A stretch of 64,000 bases of DNA from Nemertoderma westbladi (taxonomy: Eukaryota; Animalia; Xenacoelomorpha). How positions within the stretch are numbered: the first letter of the stretch is position 1; every line of letters starts with the position of its first letter. Of the stretch, positions 13,401 to 24,672 are shown one piece after another. Both the position numbers and the translations under genes were made by a program. The stretch is taken from the NCBI GenBank assembly GCA_032718475.1, contig JAUCBJ010000343.1:1-64000 (forward strand), in the 5' to 3' direction. The notes under the pieces are model-generated. The model was not told the DNA's origin, did no database searches, and saw only the letters and a program-made list of their open reading frames with translations.

Positions 13401-13533
13401 TGGAACCAAGCGATACTTCACATGATAAACATGTATTACCTTTTATATGATTGTCGTTAAAATGCCAAAAAAGGACTCCTGTACTGTTGTAACAATACTG
13501 GTGGCATATAGGACACGATCTGTCCTGATCCAT
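10495..13533 (-). CDS. Intronless multi-C2H2 zinc-finger protein (1012 aa)
   Basis: A 3-kb open frame with a dozen or more CxxC...HxxxH/C fingers (e.g. CRTCGNAFECPKLFANHIRIMH, CNICDKKCISNSALKVHKFREH, CSNCGGNFANKGNLHRHSKIC), an internal basic 14-aa repeat and C-terminal acidic 11-aa repeats. Confidence 0.9.
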   Translation of the reverse strand: MDQDRSCPICHQYCYNSTGVLFWHFNDNHIKGNTCLSCEVSLGSKEIVEEHILYHVNIAFNKCRTCGNAFECPKLFANHIRIMHGGVYDMNHEFSENVLPVSSNNSVIKESYNGSSIRDSNDTLKSNVSIIKDSSSSIMDSKGSPHDDILDTLKADIAVVSMDSDSNTIESPAVSNLVPTTSNSLSKFHSRIDAGRPSGIACVDCGEVCVDKLSLKGHLYSKHTINRKYCTICKLGMNSKRMQYHVAFHTCQSLYKCNICDKKCISNSALKVHKFREHNINFDASAVTSSNIKTKVDMFAVSKITPSKGSRSAPRKQMVCNTFKCRTCWKIFDSYSQLIDHKIKGFDCGRGPKGKKNSKDSDTIISVSPVRQEFRQARSLGQCSRHSVNVNPIIGDGIKGKVKTRSGVGRSTVVGKVKAMSTADSGIISKVKARSAVDATVTVTGKVKARSAIGAAVKSKVNAKSAIGAAVSRKVKATSGIGAGVTGKKLRRARYSGTENPCSYCNKCFSSPRSRLRHMAICPIYKKFRQPNRKFATVSKKIALSKQRCPYCNKVFSKKNIIRHKNICENKMIGEKIISQGAHKSPSTGPAIIFKCSNCGGNFANKGNLHRHSKICPSIKTTKISKQPKFIQKAASFKKSIKINLQQATALSSNAVDETSSGNKCSPSRNKRTLSLVSSNGDITVERFCNIWCQMCKEVQSSPNSYRDHFVEKHCDGAKVCKLCGYRPIHFKRHVYSHVEKQTFHCPLCVADPSGGYRRPHSIISHMRSSHGVEMIPLFEANVALPIAMQGSDGLDNPVKDTGVPSSGDYAKHAALDISDATEDVESVDVIEDVIKTIDGIDYGKIINNIHGPITIVDRNAMDDADNAKTMDDNDGVKAIDDIDVVKTMNVNDCVKTIDDIDDWKTMGDINGLKHIDDIDDIGKTIDDIDDGKTMGDIEGVATIDDHTISQNDDLLTDGIITCDRPQTTGSKTSPSSEPLSCSSPPGSPGNGTPNGSPKQSPTEANESTVSE

Positions 13534-14045
13534 TATTTATCAAAAACTACAGCCACAGTAGCACATGTCTTATCTATTTCGTGATATTAGTAGGCCTATA
13601 GAGCCAGACAGGAGAGAGAGAGGAGTCCTATTATAATTTGCATCTTAAAAACTGTAGGCCTACTATAGTCAGATAGTCAGACAGTAAACTCAAACTGCGA
13701 GCTATAATGCGAATACCCAGCTATATGAACCAGTAGGCCTACTGCGAACTGAAAATATACTGACACCTGCGGTATAGCCAAAAGCTGAAATGAAAATGTA
13801 GGAAAGCGGTTTACCTTGGGTATAACTTTTCGCCGTATCCGTATCATCAGTCCGTATGCATTTGCTTTGCCGTATCCGTATGTACATACGGATACGCGTA
13901 TGTGTGTATGTAATGGATTCCTATGGAGAATAATTCGTATGTGATTTTAAAGATTAGGCATTGCGGACCAGTAAGAAGTGCAAAGCACACATGCTGACTG
14001 AATATAGGTCTGTAGGTAGGCCTACTTAAAAGCGATATGATTTAA

Positions 14046-14814
14046 AGAGTGCGACTGCCTCTACCTACTGACCTAACAGCCTAATGGCAAATAAACATTG
14101 TAGGTCCAGCATGAGTGAGAGTCTGAGCGTGCCAGATGATGTCCTTCAGCCCCGGGATGCGCCACAGCGCTTGTTTTCTTGGACTAACTGATACCTGGCC
14201 GCCCGGTTGGACTTAGATTAATTACTGGCACCCGGTTGGACTCGCTGACACGTGGTTTGACTAACTGGCACTAGGCAGCTAGGTTGGACTTGTTGGCACT
14301 TGGCTGCATATATATGGCTGTATAGTTAACTAAATACTGGCCCCGAAACAGCGAAAAGTAAACTAGCAACTAGTAAAGGTATATTATATCTTAATAAATT
14401 TACAAAGAAGGACAGACTGATACTACGGTTTTCAATATCTGAGCGAATGTTTATTTCCTTAGCCTGTCAGCATTCTCATTCAGTCATTGCCGCTTCTATC
14501 AGTCTAGACTAGGCTATGTTAGTGCCATATACTGATATACTGGTTGCTAGTTGGTTGCTAGTTAGCAACCAACAGAACATAACACAACACAATCCTGGCA
14601 GCCTGGTGTCTATAGCCAGGTTGGTGGAAAAACAGTTCAGCGGCGTTAACTGGTTAAAAGAGTTAACTGGTTAATAGGCTGATAGGTACTGCACTGCTGG
14701 TTGGCTGGCAGCCAGGCAGCTGGCGCATCCTGGGGCTGGCGGACACCGGCTGTCACTCATCCTGGACCTGTCCTGCAATGTTTATTTGACAAAAGGTAGC
14801 GGCAGCCACACTCT
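14046..14814. mobile_element. MITE flanked by TTAA (Kolobok- or piggyBac-type target)
   Basis: TTAA|AGAGTG...CACTCT|TTAA with diverged inverted arms of about 120 bp (ATAAACATTG...CCCCGGGATGCGCCA and TGGCGCATCCTGGGG...CAATGTTTAT). Confidence 0.65.
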
Positions 14815-15257
14815 TTAAATCACTTAGCTGCTTAGCTTTAACTGTTTAAGTACAGTCGGTGATATAGGCGATTTTGGACTTATTCCAATTTTGGAACTTT
14901 GTGCGAGGGTAGATTCCGAAATCGGAATACACTCCAAAATTGGACTTTTCTAAATTAAAAAAAAATATTTTAAAGTCCTGCAAGTATATTTCCATCATAA
15001 ATTCTATCATTTTTCAATAAATATATGTTTTTCGTACCAAATTCGTTATTCCTACCACGCTTTTGCAGAAATGTATTCATACATTCCAAAATTGGACTTT
15101 GTTTACAGAGATGCTATGGAGGATGACTGCTGTAACACTAACAAGTAACAAGGTACAGGGGTCCGATCATAAGGCTATATGGGCATGACTAGAGCTGTAC
15201 CCTGTACAGCACAGTTCTACGCTAGAAGCACAGCTGCAGCTAGACCCTAGACCAAGC

Positions 15258-15575
15258 TGCAGCTTGGTCTATTGGTGACATTCCTGGGCTTCCAATTAGG
15301 AAGCCCTGTTTCGATCCCTAGATGGGGCACGCCAGTCTGGGCACGGTATGGTGCACAGGGGCAGCACTGTTTGAGCACAGCTGCACAGTCTGACAGTGCT
15401 TTAAATGCTTCAGCCTAGACCATCCCTAGCTTTCATCCTTGTGAGTGGTCTATAAATGGGAACCAAGGCAACTTTGGAAAAGAAAATGGAAGAGGTTTAC
15501 TATAGAATATCATCCATGATCAGGCATTCCTTGGCTTAATGAGCCTAAAAAGATTATCCCATTCAATCAGTCAAT
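15258..15575 (+). mobile_element. tRNA-derived SINE (degenerate)
   Basis: A-box-like TGGTCTATTGG (about 15265) and B-box-like GTTTCGATCCC (about 15308); the central GCTTTCATCCTT...CTATAAATGGGAACCA resembles conserved SINE central domains. Confidence 0.5.
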
Positions 15576-15659
15576 ATCATGAATTGGGGTGTTAGCGATG
15601 CCGATGATGGAAAATATATAGACCTCTTAATCGTTTCAATATATTGTTTTAGTAAAGGC

Positions 15660-17810
15660 CTTTGAACCGTTTCAACAGATTGTTTCAGTATCTCACATAC
15701 TGCGCGAACGCGGAGGTATCTAAAACGTGTCAACAGTTCGTTACACCATGTTGGAGTACGCCACGCGCTGCGCGAAGGTCTCTCAAACGTTTCAACATAT
15801 TGTTACACAATGTTACAGTAAGCCACGTGCTGCGCGAAGGTCTCTTAAACATTTGAACAGCTTGTTATACAATGTTACAGTGCGCCACGTGCTGCGCGAA
15901 GGTCTCTCAAACGTTTCAACAAATTGTTACACAATGTTACAGTAAGCCACGTGCTCCGTGGAGGTCTCTTAAACGTTTCAACAGCTTGTTACACAATGTT
16001 ACAGTTCTCTACATGCTGCCCATTCTGCTAAGTAGGGCATGTACGCCGAACGCGTTCGGCGCACAATTTTTTCCATAATTTGGAGCAGGCGCAGAAAATT
16101 GAGAGCGCAGCGCCGCGCAGCGCGCAGGCGCAGAAAATTTAGAGCGCGGCGCCACAGGCGCAGGCGCAGAAAATTGATAGCACGGCTCAGACTTGCACTA
16201 CAGCACTAAGTCAGTACCGATAAGTAGACCTACCCGCTACCCCTGGCAGTCTGCTGACTACCGGTAACAGGGTAATGACAATACAGATAAGACTGTAAGA
16301 AATACTGAAATAATAAGCCTCCTACTTGCTACTTGGCTGCTTGGTGTGCTTTAGGCCAGTACAGCAGTAGGCAGGCAGGTACGTGGTAGGAGATTTCGCG
16401 CAGTATTTCTGCTGTGCGCGCCAATCTCGCGCAGAATTTCTGCTGCGCGCGCCAATCTCGCGCAGTTTTTTTGCTGCGCACGCGGATTTTGCACTGTTTT
16501 CGACTGCGCAGGCGCACAATTTTTTCTGCGCCGCGTCGCGTTCGGCGCACAAAAAAATCACTTAGCATACAGGCATGCTGCGCGAAGGTCTCAAAAGTTT
16601 TAACAGATTGTTTCAGTATTTCACATACTGCGCGAAGGTCTCTCAAACGTTTCAACAGATTGTTTCAGTAGGGCCTACCCCATGTGCTGCACGAAGGTCT
16701 ATTAAACGTTTCAACAGCTTTTTATAGAATGTTACAGTGCGCCATGTGCTGCGCGAAGGTCTCTCAAACGTTTCAACAGAATGTTACACAATGTTACAGT
16801 AAGCCACGTGCTGCGCGAAGGTCTCTTAAACATTTGAACAGCTTGTTACACAATGTTACAGTTCGCCACAAGCTGCGCAAAGGTCTCAAACGTTTCAACA
16901 GATTGTTTCAGTACCCCATGTGCTGCACGAAGGTCTATTAAACGTTTCAACAGCTTGTTATACAATGTTACAGTGTGCCATGTGCTGCGCGAAGGTCTCT
17001 CAAACGTTTCAACAGAATGTTACACAATGTTACAGTAAGCCACGTGCTGCGCGAAGGTCTCTTAAACATTTGAACAGCTTGTTACACAATGTTACAGTGC
17101 GCCACGTGCTGCGCGAAGGTCTCTCAAACGTTTCAACAGATTGTTACACAATGTTACAGTGCGCCACGTGCTGCGCGAAGGTCTCTCAAACGTTTCAACA
17201 GCTTGTTAGGCCTACACAATGTTACAGTAAACCACGTGCTGCGTGAAGGTCTCTTAAACATTTGAACAGCTTGTTACACAATGTTACTGTGCGCCAAGTG
17301 CTGCGCGAAGGTCTCTTAAACATTTGAACAGCTTGTTACACAATGTTACAGTGCGCCACGTGCTGCGCGAAGGTCTCTCAAACGTTTCAACAGCTTGTTA
17401 CAATGTTACAGCAAGCCACGTGCTCCGTGGAGGTCTCTTAAACGTTTCAACAGCTTGTTACACAATGTTACAGTTCTCCACATGCTGCGCGAAGGTCTCA
17501 AAAGTTTTAACAGATTGTTTCAGTATTTCACATACTGCGCGAAGGTCTCTCAAACGTTTCATAAGATTGTTACACAATGTTACAGTATCGCATGTGCTGC
17601 ACGAAGGTCTCTTAAACGTTTCAACAGATTGTTTCAGTATCCAACGTGCTGCACGAACGTCTCTTAAACGTTTCAATAGATTGTTACAGTGCCCCACATG
17701 CTGCACGGAGGTCTCTTAAACCTGTAAACGTTTCAATGGATTTGTTTCAGTATCTCACATACTGTGTGAAGGACATGGAAGGTATCTTAATCATTTCAAC
17801 AGATTGTTAC
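15660..17810. repeat. Minisatellite, unit of about 62 bp, inside the Tc1-like element
   Basis: CGTGCTGCGCGAAGGTCTCTCAAACGTTTCAACAGATTGTTACACAATGTTACAGTGCGCCA repeated, with shorter variants of about 47 bp. Confidence 0.9.
16020..16573. mobile_element. MITE with 8-bp TSD (hAT-like) inserted into the minisatellite
   Basis: TSD CATGCTGC (16012-16019, 16574-16581); imperfect TIRs CCATTCTGCTAAGT and ACTTAGCATACAGG; subterminal GCGCAG motifs. Confidence 0.8.
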
Positions 17811-18271
17811 AGTTCTAGTTTTTAAAATCTATTTACGTATGTCAGTATGTACATTGACAATGTGAAACAAAATAGAGTAAATAAGATAAATTTCATTCAG
17901 AAAGACAACTGTGGACTTAAAGTGCTAAGTGCTGTTATGTGCTGTTCAATAGAAACAATACGCTACCCATTCTGCCATTGTCCTGCAGTGTACTGTACGT
18001 ACAGTAGTATAGCAGTGTAGTGCTGATGGAAAGACAAAATTGGACCTAAAGTCCAAAATTGGATGTGCAAAACTTTAAATGTCGGTTTTCTTTGTGGTGC
18101 ACCGTGAAATTTTCTCGTGCACGGTTAAAACTCTTATTTTGTAGTAAAGAACATGTAGGTTAAATTTCAGATCCCGTCTGAAAAAATTGTAGGCCGTGGA
18201 AAATTCACTGTAATTCATATCAAAATTAATTCCGATATTGGAATGGAAGTCCAATTTTGACTTAGCAAGTT

Positions 18272-21200
18272 CAGTTAGGTACAATGGCCAAATCTGGCAA
18301 CCTCAAAAGTTGCCACATATGGCAATGTTTATTGCCAAATCTGGCAACTTTTGGTTTTTCTAATTTTCGCACGCCCAGAAGCAAAATCGCATTTAGGTAA
18401 ATAGGTAAGTGAAAAGAGCGCGAAATTTAAATAGAATTCACCGTATAAGAAAAAAAATCATCGTCTGAATTTCTGTTAGCAATAGGCCGAAATGTGCCTA
18501 AAATAATTATTGCCATTTTTGGCAACCATTAAAATTAAAGTAAAATAATGGTTGCCATATTTGGCAACCATTATTATTGTGCAGCCCTGTCAGTTACTCT
18601 GTCATTGTAAATTACTTCAAAATTGCTTACTGCTGGCTTACCCTTGTCGTGTTGTGGTGATTTATAAACATTAGTCGATGAAATGTCAGAATGAAGGTGA
18701 GGTGACCTGCGGCGAAGTGGCAGTGCGGCGAGGTGACCAGCACCCGCTATACATGATATGTTGTTATTGTCAATATGTTAATGTACAGCTTCAAAGGCTG
18801 AAATGGAACTAAACGTAATAATATTTGACAACATGAACATCACCACACCACAAGGCAGCAAGCATGCAAGGGGGCATTAAAGTTTGAGAAACGGAGTGAC
18901 AGAAGAAAAATAGAATTTGTGTCAAAATTTAGAAAGACTGATAAAACCAAAACTTGTGTTAAAGATACAACCAAATTGTTTCTTAGTAGGTAGGCCCTAA
19001 TGAAAAACGGGATGAAATGATTTTCATTATATGTACAGATGTAAGAATGGAAAGATAGATATACTGATTATAGAGTGAAGGATGATTTAGATTGCAGTGC
19101 AATTGTATCAGCATTACACTTACAGTTACAATCTTTAACTATTATTAGTACAAGCAACAATCAACCACCTCCCCAAGCAGCACCAGAGATTACTAGCAAA
19201 AATAAACTATCATCAGTCAGGCTGTGTTTGTGTTATTGACTCTCATTTATTAGGGTATATCGCTGTATTGGTTAGTTTGGTTAGAATATGCCACTATCTG
19301 CTGATCTGACTAGGGCCTATAGGCCTAAGTATAACCTGGCCCAACCCCTAAATATTTCAGGCTGTCAGTATCTAAGGAATGACCATAGACCCAGGTTGGA
19401 ATTTATGTAGAGTTTGCTCAACATGTGTGGCGCGGATTAAGGATCCTGGCGCGTAGTGACAGGGGCGTGTGGCGCGGATTAAGGATCCTGGCGCGTAGTG
19501 ACAGGGGCGTGTGGCGCGCATTGAGGATCCTGGCGGTCCTGGCGCGAATATGGATGTAGGGTTAGGTTGGGATAGTAGGAGGTAGCGTAGCAGTGCACTA
19601 GCAACACATCCCACTCTACAGCTCTATTTGAAATTATTCCATAGGTTTAAAAAGGGGTTTGACTAAATACGCCACCGACAACCACCGACACCTTTCGCAT
19701 ACCACCGACTACCACCGACAACAAAAGACACAAACCGACACAAACCGACAGGTAAAATCACAAACCGACAGTATACTGACAACTTCGGCAATGTTAGTAA
19801 ACTATTTCAGTACATGATTATACAATTTTTATTTCCAGTCCAAATATTTATAACAAATTATACCCAGTAAAAAATCCCCATGCGTAACGCATTAGTGCCA
19901 CATCAGCACATGCAACATTCGTAAAAGGCTGAAAGGTGCGTGGAATGTTATTTAAGATTCGTGAAGCCTTCGTCTGTTCGTCAGTGGTTCGTCAGTCCGA
20001 ATAATTTAGGTAACGAATGCGTATAGTATTCGTATCGCATGTGAGATTTCACTTGTCAATATATTCGTGGCTCATCATTCGTGGCACATGTGATACGAAT
20101 GCTTCCACTCCACGCAAAAAATAATTCGTGGTTCATTCGTTCGTGGCACATCATGCATAGCCGCGCCACGCTTAAAATTATTCGTGGTCCATTCGTGACG
20201 TGACGCAAGCGATATGCGTGCAAAGCATTCTCAATTAGAGTACATACTGTAATTTGGCCAATCACAATTCGGCAAATAATCGAACATGGTGTTATTTAGT
20301 TCAGTAGTTAGTATCGTTCAAAGGCGCTTTGAAAGCTTATGTAAACCTGTTCCCTTTACCAACATGCTTTATATAATATCTAGAGGTAATGTACTGTAGG
20401 CTAGGTGAGATAAATAAAATGACAACATAAAACTACTGCAGTAACTTAGGGAACTACAGTATGTATGTAGGCACCGACCCCCCCACCACCCGTAGTTATA
20501 CATATTTGTAGTATTAGTAGTCATATTTGGACTGGAAATAAACATTGTATAATCATGTACTGAACTGCTGAAATAGTTTACTAACATTGCCGAAGTTGTC
20601 GGTTTGTGATTTTACCTGTCGGTTTGTGTCGGTTTTGTGTCTTTTGTTGTCGGTGGTTGTCGGTGGTATGCGAAACGTGTCGGTGGTTGTCGGTGGCGTA
20701 TTTAGTCAAACCCTTTAAAAAGATTGAAAAATGTCCGCTCGCTTCGCTCGCGTTTATACTGTAAATCTACTCTTTAGTACTGTCTGGCTGTGGACAAATG
20801 GAAACGGACAGATTGAGCATGACCATTAAAAACATGACTTGTTGTTTCAAAAGTTTTTTAATTGTCAGATTCTTCAAACCAATAAAACCATGAAAGCCTG
20901 CATGATTCAGCAGAATTTCCGTGCTCGCTACGCTCGCAATTTACCGGTAATGACATCTGCATTTGAAAACAGTCGGTTTGCCAACTTTAAATGCTGAAAT
21001 TTTAAAATTTTCGTGCTCGCTACGCTCGCATCTTGATCACATCTGCATTTAAAAACAGTCAGTTGACGTTGACCTACTACTACTACTACTACAACTACAG
21101 CAGCACTGTCTGACTATTACTGTCAGACTGTATTTATGTTAACATAATTGGAAAATGTCCTTGCTCGCTACGCTCGCATTTTAATGTTAACATAGGGCCT

Positions 21201-21600
21201 ACTGTCAGACTGTAGGGCTACCGAATTCAGGAATTATAAACTGATAAATTATTACAATTAAGCAATTACTGCAAAATTTCATAGTCAATTGTTGGCTTGG
21301 CGCGCATTAGATTTCATGGCTGGCGCGATTTTCGTTTAACCAGAACGCGTGTGGCGCGCTTTTTGTCAGTATTCCATATAGGCCATAGACTGACAGGACT
21401 TAATGATTCAGAAGTCAGAACCATACACCATATGGATATAAGCTATAGGCCTATTCAATGAGTTAGTTAAGTTGCCAAATATGGCAACAACGGGTTTATA
21501 TAGTTGCCAAATCAGGCAATCAGAAATGTTGCAAGATTTTGCTTGGTTGCCAAATATGGCAATCACAACCATTGCCAGATTTGGCCATTGTACCTAACTG
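18272..21600. mobile_element. Non-autonomous DNA transposon with 5-bp TSD inserted in the right TIR of the Tc1-like element
   Basis: 29-bp perfect TIR CAGTTAGGTACAATGGCCAAATCTGGCAA; TSD AAGTT (18267-18271, 21601-21605); subterminal TTGCCA...TGGCAA palindromes. Confidence 0.85.
19655..20713. mobile_element. MULE-type MITE (innermost layer of the nest)
   Basis: TIRs GGGTTTGACTAAATACGCCACCGACA and TGTCGGTGGCGTATTTAGTCAAACCC, about 170 bp with CCGACA repeats; 9-bp TSD TTTAAAAAG (19646-19654, 20714-20722). Confidence 0.9.
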
Positions 21601-24031
21601 AAGTTCCAAAATTGGATCAAGTCCAAAATCGCCTATATCACCGACTGAAGTAGGCCCACCTGTCAGCCTGTCTGAAGTCCTGGAAGTCTGCATGTGTGCA
21701 GTGCACTTCTTACTGGTCCGCAATGCGGCAATGCCTAATCCAGTACCGTAATCTCTAAAATCACATACAGACATAGCAGCATACTGCTGTACTGGCATAG
21801 GCCTATGGGCTACGGATTATTCTCCATAGGAATCCATTACATACGCACATACGCGTATGTCAGTAGGCCTATCAGCTGTCAGCCAGTCAGCCTATGTCAG
21901 TATGTACATACGGCAAATGCATACGGACAGACGGACGGATACGGCGAAAAGTTATACCCGTTTACCTTTCAGTCATTGTTTGTCGAGACGAGAACTGACG
22001 AAATGTATGTATAGGCCTACTTCCCATTAGACTACGACTACATGTTCTCATTGTTCCATGTTCTGACTGCTGATGATGTTATTTAAAGAAAACTAGGCTG
22101 TAGGCACTACCGCAGTACACAGTAGGCTACTCAGCTACTGGCTGACTGGTTAGATACGATACAGGGCACAGGCTGACAGGGCTGCAGGGGGCCATCCTGA
22201 GTGCTGATTTCAGAATCACACCAAGTCACAAAAAAATTGAAAAGTAAACAGTAAAAGAGTTACAGTGGTAGCCAGAACCAGAACTGCAGAAGCTGAGAAG
22301 CAGAGAAGACAGGAAGGAACTAAAACAATAAACGATTTCTGGATTTGCAAAAACAAAAGAGCAGAAAATTGCAAAAAAAACAGCTGTACCGGCTGTACCA
22401 GCTGTACAGCTGTATCTAAGATCTAACCAGTCCCGAAAACTGTACAGCTGCCTGCGCAGCGGTCAGCCCGGACGCTGCTAACTATCAGTGCTGCAGTGTC
22501 AGAGTCAGACTGTGTTCAGACTGTACGATACCGGTACAGCAGTAGGGTACCTAGCTACAGCATACAGTATGCAGTACAAGTATAAACACTACCTGTCAGC
22601 CTGTATACTGCTATAAAAGCGAACAAGCCACACAAGCGACATAAGCCAACCATCAGGCAGTCAGGAGAAGGGGTACCTACAGTCCATGTGCAAAATGAAT
22701 AAATCTGAAAGGTGAAAAAAATGTAAATCTTGAGATATGTTGTATGAAAAATATGTAAGTGACTGGATATATTTTGGCAAAGGGACATGTCATTTTTGCA
22801 TTTTTTAATTGATGCTTTTTATAATCGACTTTCGTTAACCATTCGACAATGTAAATTTATTTTCTTTTTTGTCGGTTTAAATTTTTCTAATCTCTTTATT
22901 AAGGTAGGTGCTAAAATGCACAACAAGCAACAATGACCAAACAACGAGCAACAACGAGCAACAATGAGTAACAATGACCAACAAAGAGCAACAACGATGA
23001 GCAACAACCCAGTTAAACATGAGTATGTGTTTCATATATGGTTGCCATAAATAATTCGACATGTGATACATATATGTAAATGTTATACAGTGTTGTCAAA
23101 TGTGATCCATATGTGGAATGTTCACATCCCGGGTTGAAATTCTTAGTATATTTCCTAAGTTCAAAACAAGTCTGCTTAGTAAGACTTAGAACGCTTAGCA
23201 ACGCTGGTGCCAAGGGTGAGTAAAGTCCTTAACAAATTTTCCAATTTTATAAAAAGGACATTGCAAGTTTATAATGTTTAGCAAGTTGTTGCTATGCGAC
23301 TGACAAGTATTACAGGATATATAAACGTGCTTTATATGTAACCGATGATATATGCAAGCACTTTGCAAGTGTATTGAACTAATAACATGCGCATTACAAA
23401 TATAGCATATACAGTATCTCTAACCTATATATTCCCGGCACTAGTTCGAACCTGCGTCGCTAATTTTTTTAAGTAATAATTATTTTTGAAAAATATATAT
23501 TATGGGAAGAGTAGTGGAGTGGCGAATGAAAGTAAGTGATTACCCCCCCCCCCCCCCCCCCCCCCCCCCTCCCATCATTAGATAAGAGAAACAACACATG
23601 GAACATCATCATAGTGAGTGATGTATGATTGAAACATAGCACATGTGTTCGGTTTGATACTCTTTGTTGCCCCCCCCCCCCTCCCCCCCACCCCACCATC
23701 ACATATGTAGACAAATTAATACAGAGACTCTTAATGTTTTTAATATAAACAACATAATCAACAAACATATTATTACTCATAGATTACATAGATATATACA
23801 CATCATATATAAATGCGTAAATACTGTAGGTCTACACTAAAACACAGTTACGTCGAAAACTTAATCAAAAAGTTCAAAAATGGTATTCCTAATTTCTGCA
23901 ATAAAACTATTTAATTCAAATTTGTAATCTTATCAAGTACTACAGTAGATTACGACGAAATAAAATAAAAAATTTATCACCCGTCATATAAAGATACTAT
24001 CGGTAATAAAATCATCATATATTATAATTAT

Positions 24032-24618
24032 TGTGAGCGGATTCAATTCCGCCTCACCAACCCCCATAAAGTTGGGAAACGGCGCCTTTAAGCAATATTG
24101 GGGAATACGAGATTGATTACCAATCAACCTCGTATCACCCCAATAAACGGGGACGACAAACCCCCAAAGGGCCGCACACAATAGAGGTCAGAGGTTAAGC
24201 CTCCGGGAAAGGGAAAGTGACAGTAGCAAGGGGGAAACACTCCCACAGAGGTGGGATCCGAGAATTAGGTTATTGGCCAATGGGGGGCAAGCATCGACTG
24301 AGTAGTAAGGCCCCAAAGTAAGTAATCAATATATATTACCGGTCAGTGTCATATCACAGTTAGTTATCTCAGTCATCTAAGGCTGATCGGTGACATTTCT
24401 ATACCGTCACCACCGTCACCATCATTACCGGTACTACAGTAGAACCATACACTGTAAACTAACTACATCATACCATCAACTGTGCTATTGTATCTTATTG
24501 TCATATATTTACCGTCTACATTAATATCAGAACAACAACGAACTATTATCTTCCTTTTCCAACGGTACGGTGACGCGTAATACAAACTAACCGGTCGGGA
24601 TCCTCTGATCCCGTCACA
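24032..24618 (+). repeat. 5' LTR of the 6.1-kb BEL/Pao element
   Basis: Direct repeat of 29590-30177; CCAAT at about 24277, TATA-like ATATATATTA at about 24329, U5 hairpin CGGGATC-CTCT-GATCCCG. Confidence 0.95.
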
Positions 24619-24628
24619 GTATAGAAAT
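24619..24628 (+). promoter_or_regulatory. Non-tRNA primer-binding site candidate (self-complementary to the LTR)
   Basis: GTATAGAAAT follows the LTR directly and is the reverse complement of ATTTCTATAC at 24395-24404; there is no TGG. Confidence 0.6.
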
Positions 24629-24672
24629 CTAAGGACTGCCAAACTGTGACTGCCAGACACCAAAGAGTAAAG

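Larger units (their letters stand above)
14853..21647. mobile_element. Non-autonomous Tc1/mariner-like element nested in the MULE
   Basis: TIRs CAGTCGGTGATATAGGCGATTTTGGACT and AGTCCAAAATCGCCTATATCACCGACTG; TA on the left side, but the right TA is not preserved. Confidence 0.75.
13818..21959. mobile_element. Non-autonomous Mutator-like (MULE) DNA transposon, outer layer of a nest
   Basis: Long TIRs beginning GGGTATAACTTTTCGCCGTATCCG and ending CGGATACGGCGAAAAGTTATACCC; perfect 9-bp TSD GTTTACCTT (13809-13817, 21960-21968). Confidence 0.9.

Noticed and set aside
15662-17719. Cluster of short similar ORFs
   Set aside because: They are translations of the 62-bp minisatellite and the inserted MITE.
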